64,000 nucleotides of DNA from an uncultured Myxococcales bacterium (lineage in GTDB: Bacteria; Myxococcota; B64-G9). Numbering within the stretch: position 1 is the first letter of the stretch; every line of letters begins with the position of its first letter. Below the pieces are notes generated by a model. It saw only the letters and a list, made by a program, of their open reading frames with translations. It was not told the origin of the DNA and did no database searches. Positions 57,150 to 64,000 of this stretch are shown here, piece by piece. The stretch spans positions 38,567 to 102,566 of the forward strand of contig CAZXHT010000002.1 of the NCBI GenBank assembly GCA_964640665.1, given 5' to 3'. A program made the translations under genes and the position numbers.

Positions 57150-58898
57150 ATGGAAGAGAAACTCTGGCATCAACACAACTGGCCCGAGGGCGTGGCTCAT
57201 GAAATCTCGGGCTTCGAAAAGCCGGTCTTCTCACTCCTCGACACGGCGGCCGAGAAGTGGCCCGAAAACACCTACACCATCTTCGAGGGTTCCGGCAGGA
57301 CCTATGCCCAGGTCAAGCAGACAGCCGACCGGTTGGCCAACTTCTTGGTCTCGCGCGGCGTAGGCAAGGGAGACCGGGTGGCTATTTTTCTGCCCAACCT
57401 GCCGCATTTCCCGGCCATCTTTTTCGGCATACTCAAGGCGGGGGCGGTCTGCGTCACCTGCAATCCACTCTACAAGGCCACGGAACTCAACTATCAGCTC
57501 AAAGACTGCGGGGCCAAGGTCGTGTTCGTCATGGATCATCCCCAGTTCTACCCCACGGCCCAGAAGGCCGTCGAGGACACCGATGTCGAGACCGTTGTGG
57601 TCTGCGGGATAAAATCATATCTGCCTCCGCTCAAGGGCTTTATCGGCGGGGTGCTCGGAAAAATTCCCCATGCCGCCTCCCATGATCCCGGACACTTCTT
57701 CTTCGATGAAGTTGTATCATCGGCAGACGGCGCCACGCCCAAGGTCAACATCGATCCCGAGCGGGATCTGGCATTGGTTATCTACACCGGGGGAACCACC
57801 GGCTTGCCCAAGGGCGCGGCCCTGACGCACGCGAACTTCGTCTACAATGTTATGGCCGTCCACGAATATGTTCGCTATCCGCACACCGAAGGGGCCCCTC
57901 CTGAAAAAGTTCGCGTGGGTGGATTTCATTCCTTCCTGGGCGTGTTGCCTTGGTATCACTCCTTCGGCATGTCGCTGTGTATGCTCTGGGCGTGTCACAC
58001 CGGCAGCCGCCTGGTCTGCATACCCGACCCCCGGGCAGGCAAGCCGCCTTTCACGGAAGTGCTCCGGGCGGTCGAGAAATACCAGACCACTGTGATTGCC
58101 GGGGTGCCCACAATCTACGTGGCCTTCACCAACCATCCGCTGCTTAGCAAGTTCAACCTGAAATCGGTTCAGGCCTGCGGCTCTGGAGGGGCGCCGCTGC
58201 CGGTCGAGGTAGCCAAGCGCTTCGAGGCGGCCACGGGAGCGGTGCTCTTCGAGGGCTACGGCCTGAGCGAGACATCTCCGGTAGCGAGCCTCAACCCTAC
58301 CAACGTCAAGCAACGCCGCTTCGGCTCGGTGGGTTTTCCCCTGCCGGGCACAGACATCAAAATCGTCGACGCGGAAAGCGGACAAACCGAGCTTACCCGT
58401 GGCGAGGACGGTGAGATAGCCATCTGCGGTCCGCAGGTGATGCAGGGCTACTGGCAACGCCCCGAAGAGAACGAGGCGGTCTTTCGCGAGGTTGACGGCA
58501 GGCGCTTTTTCCTGACGGGCGACATCGGGCATTTCGACGAACAGGGCTACCTGGTGATCACCGATCGCAAGAAAGATCTCATCCTGGTGGGCGGCTTCAA
58601 TGTCTATCCGCGCGAAGTGGAGGAGATCCTCTACCAGCATCCCAAGGTGGCCATGGCTGCCGTAGTGGGTATCCCGCACGAGAAGAGCGGCGAGATGGTC
58701 AAGGCCTTCATCCAACTCAAACCGGGCCAGAATGCCAGCGAGCGGGAGATGCTCGACTTCTGCCGGGAAAACATGGCCGGTTACAAACGACCCCACTCGA
58801 TAGAGTTCCGCGATGCCCTGCCCCAGTCGGCCGTGGGCAAGGTCCTCAGGCGCGAGCTGCGCGACGAGGCGCTGGCGCCTCATCCTACTCAAGTGTAA
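57150..58898 (+). CDS. fadD: Long-chain-fatty-acid--CoA ligase (AMP-binding enzyme)
   Basis: YTGGTTGLPKGA AMP-binding motif I, GYGLSET, C-terminal PQSAVGKVLRREL; start at ATG 57150 with AAAGGGG RBS. Confidence 0.9.
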   Translation: MEEKLWHQHNWPEGVAHEISGFEKPVFSLLDTAAEKWPENTYTIFEGSGRTYAQVKQTADRLANFLVSRGVGKGDRVAIFLPNLPHFPAIFFGILKAGAVCVTCNPLYKATELNYQLKDCGAKVVFVMDHPQFYPTAQKAVEDTDVETVVVCGIKSYLPPLKGFIGGVLGKIPHAASHDPGHFFFDEVVSSADGATPKVNIDPERDLALVIYTGGTTGLPKGAALTHANFVYNVMAVHEYVRYPHTEGAPPEKVRVGGFHSFLGVLPWYHSFGMSLCMLWACHTGSRLVCIPDPRAGKPPFTEVLRAVEKYQTTVIAGVPTIYVAFTNHPLLSKFNLKSVQACGSGGAPLPVEVAKRFEAATGAVLFEGYGLSETSPVASLNPTNVKQRRFGSVGFPLPGTDIKIVDAESGQTELTRGEDGEIAICGPQVMQGYWQRPEENEAVFREVDGRRFFLTGDIGHFDEQGYLVITDRKKDLILVGGFNVYPREVEEILYQHPKVAMAAVVGIPHEKSGEMVKAFIQLKPGQNASEREMLDFCRENMAGYKRPHSIEFRDALPQSAVGKVLRRELRDEALAPHPTQV

Positions 58899-58996
58899 AG
58901 ATCTCGGCTCGGTAAGTGTGGACGGTGTTGTTACGGTCACCAAGCATGCCCAGCCAAGTAACGAAATTAATACCTATCGGGTGTTTCCATTCGGGG

Positions 58997-59440
58997 CTAG
59001 ACCACTTGAGATGGCAATATCTTTACTGTACGGAAGCCCTCGCGCTTGGCCGCGTCGACAAGCCTGTGATCGAGGCAGACCAGCGGTAGATTGGGCGGGT
59101 GATCCTGGGATGCAACGATAGCTGCCGCCAGCTGCAGGGCGTCCGCCGCGCGAAGGGAATGAACTCGTAGCAGGCGGCGCGCAAGGCCGCGCACTTTCGA
59201 AGTCGGCTGGACCTCGTGCCACGAACGGGCCAACTTGTCCAGTCGATCGAGAGCCCGATCTATCGCCGATGCCGCCGCTGGCGTCTCGCGCTCGAGGCGA
59301 GAAAGGGCCGAGACACACTCGATCTCCGTGCCCCACCAGACAATAAGATCAGGATCGCTTTTGACAAGCTTGCGCAGCGCCGGGCTGCTCGATTCGCGCA
59401 CCAGCAACGGAACCACCGCAGAGCTGTCCCAGAACCTCAC
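58997..59440 (-). CDS. vapC: PIN-domain ribonuclease toxin VapC
   Basis: N-terminal FWDSSAVVPLL and downstream acidic residues of PIN fold; 147 aa; 4-bp overlap with upstream antitoxin. Confidence 0.75.
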   Translation of the reverse strand: MRFWDSSAVVPLLVRESSSPALRKLVKSDPDLIVWWGTEIECVSALSRLERETPAAASAIDRALDRLDKLARSWHEVQPTSKVRGLARRLLRVHSLRAADALQLAAAIVASQDHPPNLPLVCLDHRLVDAAKREGFRTVKILPSQVV

Positions 59441-59739
59441 CGGCCCCTCTCGCGCTCTTCGAGCAAGATAGTCAATGCACTTGCGCGCTTCGGGAGTGAT
59501 GGCGGCTGTTCATCGAACAGGACTGGATCGAGAGGCTCCTCGGCGCGGCGGATCAGACCGCTGCGTTCCAGCTTGTCGAGCAGTCCGCTGGCCTCACCGC
59601 CGTCGACCGCGCCGCCCACCGTAATCATCCGGGCCACGGGCTTGCCTCGATCCAGGATCAGGATGGTCTCGCCTCGTTTGACCCGATCGATCAGAGCGCT
59701 CAGCTGGTTCTTTGTTTGAGTAATAGAGGCCGTCTTCAT
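59437..59739 (-). CDS. vapB: Phd/YefM-type antitoxin (VapB partner)
   Basis: ITQTKNQLSALIDRVKRGETILILDRGKPVARMI matches Phd/YefM consensus; 100 aa. Confidence 0.7.
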   Translation of the reverse strand: MKTASITQTKNQLSALIDRVKRGETILILDRGKPVARMITVGGAVDGGEASGLLDKLERSGLIRRAEEPLDPVLFDEQPPSLPKRASALTILLEERERGR

Positions 59740-59830
59740 ATGGCTATTATGGCTCTTTTGTTAAGACCTGTCAAGCCCTATAGCCCCATTTTCTAACAAT
59801 GTATGACTTGTTAGAAAAAGTGGATTTCCG

Positions 59831-60658
59831 TCAAGAGCTTGATTTTTCGGAAACGTATGGAGACTGCTTGAGCGTTTTTTCAGGGGTCTTCCATGGGCGC
59901 GCTACGTCCCGGTGCATGACTCGCCAAAATGCCCAGGCTGCGCCTATGAACATTGCTATGCATAGCCACTGGGCGGCGGTCAGGTCGAGGTAACGCAGGT
60001 CGACGTTGCCGTAGTGGCGCGAACGCAGGAAGTCGAAGAAGAAACGCACCGGGGCATAGAGAAACGGCACCAGGGCCAGGAAAAACCCGTCGGGCCGCGG
60101 CTTGCGGCCCAGCCAACGGGTTACTGGGTAGAGAACAAACAAAGTGTAGAGAAACTCGTAGAAACCCAGGTCGTGGCGCGACCCGCCGGGGAATTTCACC
60201 GCCAGGAAGAAATCACTATGTATCCCGGGATGGTCATGGGCCAGGCTGCAGCCCAGCCGCCCGAAGACCCAGGCCAGCACGATGCCCCAGACGAAGATGT
60301 CGGCGTAGGCCAGAAACGGGATCTTGCGCTTGCGGGTGTAGATTAGTGCCGTGATCAGCGCACCCAAGAAGCCACCCATGGACGAGATCGGCGCCCAGAT
60401 GAAGAAGATCTCCCAGGGCCTTTCTGCCAGCCGTTCGGGAAAGTAGAAGACCATCGAAACCACATGAGCCATGGTGAAAGCGCCCAAGATGATCCAGATG
60501 GCCATTGTGTGGGCCTCCTCGGGGTCGAGACCCACTCTTGCGGCTCGCCGCTTGGTCGAGAAGAACCCCACCAGGATGGCGCAGGCTACGCAGACGCCGA
60601 AGGGATCGATGACCAGGAACCCGAGATCGGCCGTCGGAATGTGTATGTAAGGGATCAT
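59831..60658 (-). CDS. lgt: Prolipoprotein diacylglyceryl transferase
   Basis: 275 aa polytopic; Lgt signature-like FGRLGCSLAHDHPG region and conserved N-terminal Y/H residues. Confidence 0.8.
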   Translation of the reverse strand: MIPYIHIPTADLGFLVIDPFGVCVACAILVGFFSTKRRAARVGLDPEEAHTMAIWIILGAFTMAHVVSMVFYFPERLAERPWEIFFIWAPISSMGGFLGALITALIYTRKRKIPFLAYADIFVWGIVLAWVFGRLGCSLAHDHPGIHSDFFLAVKFPGGSRHDLGFYEFLYTLFVLYPVTRWLGRKPRPDGFFLALVPFLYAPVRFFFDFLRSRHYGNVDLRYLDLTAAQWLCIAMFIGAAWAFWRVMHRDVARPWKTPEKTLKQSPYVSEKSSS

Positions 60659-60668
60659 TGCAGGCGGA

Positions 60669-61049
60669 TCAGTTCAGCGGAGATTTCTTGACCTCTTCCT
60701 CGGCTATCTTCCGGTGTACCTCTTCCATGTCAAGTTCGCGGGTTTTCTGGATGATCTCCTCCAGCGCGGATTCCGGCAGGGAGCCTGCCTGCTGAAAAAT
60801 CATGATCTGCTCCTTGAACACGGCCAGGGTTGGAATCGATCGGATGCCGAACATCATCGCCACCTCTTGCTGGGCCTCGGTGTCGCAACTGGCGAAGGCA
60901 ATGTCGTTATGCTTCTCGGAAGCTTTCTCGAAAACCGGTCCGAACATCTTGCAAGGGCCGCACCATTCGGCCCAGAAGTCGATCAGCACGATAGCGTTGT
61001 TCTTGATTGTTTCGTCCAGGTTTTCCTTGGATAAATCGAAATGCGACAT
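60669..61049 (-). CDS. trxA: Thioredoxin
   Basis: WAEWCGPCK active site; start at ATG 61049 with GGAGAA RBS (track start 61127 is extension). Confidence 0.9.
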   Translation of the reverse strand: MSHFDLSKENLDETIKNNAIVLIDFWAEWCGPCKMFGPVFEKASEKHNDIAFASCDTEAQQEVAMMFGIRSIPTLAVFKEQIMIFQQAGSLPESALEEIIQKTRELDMEEVHRKIAEEEVKKSPLN

Positions 61050-61175
61050 GGGATTCTCCTCGTGTTGTTGGATCCGACGCAGACCGCGGCCAGACCCGTT
61101 TTTCAATCGATTGTCCAGTATAATCACATCTGAGCCCGAGGCAAGTAGACGAATGTTTTTTGCTTCGACCGGCTA

Positions 61176-64000
61176 CTATTTCGCGGGCTTGATCGTCATG
61201 CTGGTCCCGGACGAGTAGGCGCTGAACTCGGGGGCGTACATGGGCTGGACTGTGGCCGGGCCTATTCTGAAGCTGCCGGCGATGGCCGCCCGCATGCGGT
61301 AGCTGAAAGGGTACTCGCCCTGGGGCAGGTTTTCGAAGAAGAAGTTCATGCCGCTGTCGCGCACCTCTTCGTACCAGTAGATGCCCAGCGCCCAGCGGTG
61401 TCGACTGGTGATGCTGACCGGCTCGCAGCCGGCCGGGCGCGGATCGCGCAAGTGAACGTACTGAACCGGGTGCTTGGAGGTCAGCATAAGATGCACCTCG
61501 ATCTCGTCGCCCGGCTCCAGCCGGGCGCCCTCGGCCAACGGCTGAAGGACCGTCTCGCGTCCGGATTTTACACGCTTGAAGTATTTACGCGTGACTTTCA
61601 GGAAATCGCCGCTCGCTTCGGCCGGCAGCTTCTCGGTCGAGAAGTGCCAGGTGGCCGAGGCGAACATGTAGCCCGGGGTGTGTTTCTCGACCACGACGGT
61701 GGAAGTCGTTACAGGATCCACCTCGGGGCCGGGAATGACGATCTGGTTCTTCTTGCCTGTGTACTCGTCGGGCTCGAAGACGAAAGACTTTTTCAAATCT
61801 CCGATGGTGACGGTCGCAGCCTCGCGCACACCGAGTTGGTTGGTCTGCTTCAGGTATTTGGCCAGCGAGTAGATTACCTCGGCCGTGGCCCGGGTGGACT
61901 TCCAGTGGTTGAGCTTCTTGTTCAGAAACAACCATAGCACCAGCCCGTCGAGTTTTTCGTTGTTGGGCATCAACTCGAGCAGGGTGCGCACGGCGAAGGC
62001 GTGCGTTTCGATTGTGTCGTTGTACCACAGCCAGCCGCGATCCTCCGGGGCCCAGAAGGTGCCCATGTCCTTTTCCGTCCTGGCCGAGTCCATGACGCTC
62101 TCCCACACGAGGCGGGCCTTTTTATCGCGATCCATGCGGTGCAGCGTTAAAGCCAGGTAACCCTTGAGATAGGGAGAATGCTTACGCCAGTGCTCGAATG
62201 AGAAATCGAGCATGCGCCGGCGGTCTGTGTCCGAAAAGACCGAGTTGGTCCAGCTCACGTCCGGGTAGTTCGATAGCACGTAGTTCAGGAAAGTAATGAA
62301 CTCCCAACAGCTGTAGTGGGTCATGCACTCTTCGACAATATGATCCACATAGTGTTGCTTCATGTAAGACCAGGCGCGCTGGACCATATCTTTGGGAACA
62401 TCCACGCCGAACTCGAGCGCCTTGGAGAATCCGTAGAGTATGTAAAGAGTCATGTAGGGCGAAGGCGGTCCGCCCGGAAACCAGGGGAAGGCGCCGATAG
62501 AGGTCTGGGCTTTTTTCAACTTGGCCAGCGAGGCGTCGCGCTGAGCGCGGGTTATCCTCGGATCGAGCACGTTGATTAGCGGATACTCGCTCTTGCGCCC
62601 GCCCTGGGCCTGCTGCAACCAGGGAGTTTCCTCCAAGGCCATCTTGCGGTTGGGATCGTCCGCGTCCCAGCGCTCTAAGCGCGTTTTGCGCGCGGCGAAT
62701 TTCTTGGCCATGCGCTCGATGGCGGGAAAGTCTTTGTACATCGAGGCAAGGATCCCGGTCGAGATGAAACGGTTCAGGGTCTGCTCGGTGCACTCGTAGG
62801 GATAGTTGACAAGATAAGGCAAGGCCGAGAGGACCGAGTAAAAGAGCTGCGCATCTAAAGTGACCACCATCTGCTCGTTGATCAGTGTCGGGTCGTCGTT
62901 CCTGGCGAGATCCGGAAACTTCATCACCCGGCGAGCATCGCCCTTGAGACTCACGAAACGCGATTGGGACAGGTGAAGTCGCGAGGGAAGGATGGGAAGC
63001 GGCCTCAGCTCTCCGTCAGAGAACGCTCCCGACCTGGCCGCCACCTTGAAGGCCACCATTCCGACCCTGGGAGGGGTCTTGACGGCGAAGGTCAAATTTG
63101 TGCCGGAGCCGGCCTTGACCGAGAAGCTCTTCTTGACATCGTTCGGGGCGAGTCCGAAGTCTGCAAGCAGGCTCTTCTTGCTGTCCGCGTCGACGATGTC
63201 GAATGTCAGCGTGCCTTGCATGGGCTTATCGGATGCATTGTTGACAACCACCTTGAGCTGCGCCTGATCGCCCTCTCGCAGGAAGCGCGGCAGGTAGGGG
63301 CGCACCATCAGATCCTTGACACTGCGGGCCTCTTTCTTGAGAGACCCCGAGGAAAGGTCGCGGGTAATTGCGTGCACCCAGACGTTCCACGAGGTGACCG
63401 AGTCGGGCACCTCGTATTCGAAAGTCACCGAGCCGTCGGTGCCGGTGAGCAGTTGCGGCTGGAAGAAGGCCGTCTCCGAGAAATTGCTGCGCAACGCGAC
63501 CGGCGCGGCTGGCTTGCTTTCACCACCGATAGCATTTTTGCCGGCCTTGTCTCTCGATCGGTCCTCACTGTCCGAGATCTCCCCGGCCTCTTCGGCCGGG
63601 GCCTCGTCCAGTGAGGCAGTCACCTCGGCCGATTTCTGCTTCTCGGATTTGCAGGGGGCCGCCATTGGGGCCTTGGTCGCGAGTGACCGCCGCAGCTTGC
63701 CGCGGTGCCCCCGGCGCCTTCCCGGTCCGCCGATGCCGTAGCCCGAGTAGAAATAGAGACGGTCGACCTGAAGAGAAGGGTAGCCCGGCGGCGGCGCGAA
63801 TCCGTCGCAGCGCACCCATGAACTGCGCGCCTGGCCGAGGCTGGTGCGCACCGAAGCGCATCCGGTGCGCGAGGGAAACAGCGAAAGCGGCACCGGAGGA
63901 TTGTGGGGCGCGAAAGAATCCAGGCTGCGATCATACATGTAGGCCAACACCTCGGCGGCGGCCACCGCGGTGTCCTTGCCGGCCGGGCCTGTCACCTTGA
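61176..64000 (-). CDS. Alpha-2-macroglobulin-family protein (C-terminal ~940 aa; N-terminus beyond window end)
   Basis: A2M bait/MG region ETAFFQPQLLTGTDGSVTFEYEVPDSVTSWNVW, thioester-domain motif YPYECTEQT (CxEQ), A2M receptor-binding-type C-terminus. Confidence 0.8.
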   Translation of the reverse strand, partial: KVTGPAGKDTAVAAAEVLAYMYDRSLDSFAPHNPPVPLSLFPSRTGCASVRTSLGQARSSWVRCDGFAPPPGYPSLQVDRLYFYSGYGIGGPGRRRGHRGKLRRSLATKAPMAAPCKSEKQKSAEVTASLDEAPAEEAGEISDSEDRSRDKAGKNAIGGESKPAAPVALRSNFSETAFFQPQLLTGTDGSVTFEYEVPDSVTSWNVWVHAITRDLSSGSLKKEARSVKDLMVRPYLPRFLREGDQAQLKVVVNNASDKPMQGTLTFDIVDADSKKSLLADFGLAPNDVKKSFSVKAGSGTNLTFAVKTPPRVGMVAFKVAARSGAFSDGELRPLPILPSRLHLSQSRFVSLKGDARRVMKFPDLARNDDPTLINEQMVVTLDAQLFYSVLSALPYLVNYPYECTEQTLNRFISTGILASMYKDFPAIERMAKKFAARKTRLERWDADDPNRKMALEETPWLQQAQGGRKSEYPLINVLDPRITRAQRDASLAKLKKAQTSIGAFPWFPGGPPSPYMTLYILYGFSKALEFGVDVPKDMVQRAWSYMKQHYVDHIVEECMTHYSCWEFITFLNYVLSNYPDVSWTNSVFSDTDRRRMLDFSFEHWRKHSPYLKGYLALTLHRMDRDKKARLVWESVMDSARTEKDMGTFWAPEDRGWLWYNDTIETHAFAVRTLLELMPNNEKLDGLVLWLFLNKKLNHWKSTRATAEVIYSLAKYLKQTNQLGVREAATVTIGDLKKSFVFEPDEYTGKKNQIVIPGPEVDPVTTSTVVVEKHTPGYMFASATWHFSTEKLPAEASGDFLKVTRKYFKRVKSGRETVLQPLAEGARLEPGDEIEVHLMLTSKHPVQYVHLRDPRPAGCEPVSITSRHRWALGIYWYEEVRDSGMNFFFENLPQGEYPFSYRMRAAIAGSFRIGPATVQPMYAPEFSAYSSGTSMTIKPAK

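Noticed and set aside
57717-58943. 408-aa minus-strand ORF antisense to the acyl-CoA ligase gene
   Set aside because: Antisense artefact; the plus-strand gene has canonical AMP-binding motifs.

Overview
This window is a high-GC (about 60-65%) bacterial chromosomal segment from the replication-origin-proximal region. It holds dnaA (5' partial), dnaN and recF, then an SSF-family symporter and a NagA-like deacetylase, then gyrB, fabH, a conserved hypothetical on the opposite strand, and gyrA. Downstream are a TPR lipoprotein and an F0-only ATP synthase cluster (AtpZ/AtpI-like, atpB, atpE, atpF). A peptidoglycan-recycling cluster follows (ldcA, an AmpH-like serine hydrolase, mpl, an alpha/beta hydrolase). 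Next come a Wzy/O-antigen-ligase-like+TPR fusion upstream of a uvrD/pcrA helicase, and a Cys-rich repeat lipoprotein. An envelope/polysaccharide cluster sits on the minus strand (GT2, CE4 deacetylase, PilZ, acyltransferase, SDR epimerase) with a divergent GH57 glycoside hydrolase. The most unusual region is a ~5.5 kb low-GC island at ~38.56-44.11 kb, bounded by an orphan Phd/YefM antitoxin. It carries a three-gene operon (pol-beta-type nucleotidyltransferase-like, then an XRE-HTH/ImmA metallopeptidase fusion, then a 372-aa unknown protein), a convergent overlapping PD-(D/E)xK (MmcB/sce7726-like) gene, and a membrane-anchored MutS-domain-V-like ATPase. Further on are an outer-membrane protein, a CaCA antiporter, a BamA/Oah-like crotonase, and a ~2,170-aa multidomain sensor (propeller/Y_Y_Y - TM - P-loop ATPase - Ser/Thr kinase - GAF - histidine kinase) followed by a Fic protein with a degenerate active-site motif. 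The window ends with an M1 peptidase, an acyl-CoA ligase, a VapBC pair, lgt, trxA and a partial alpha-2-macroglobulin-like gene carrying a CTEQ thioester motif. No rRNA, tRNA or CRISPR array was recognised. The gene content (Myxococcus-type Cys-rich repeats, STK-HK hybrids, benzoyl-CoA-pathway-like hydrolase) suggests a deltaproteobacteria-like lineage, but this is inference. The ORF track treats GTG/TTG as start codons, so several listed starts are refined below where an ATG plus Shine-Dalgarno sequence was visible.
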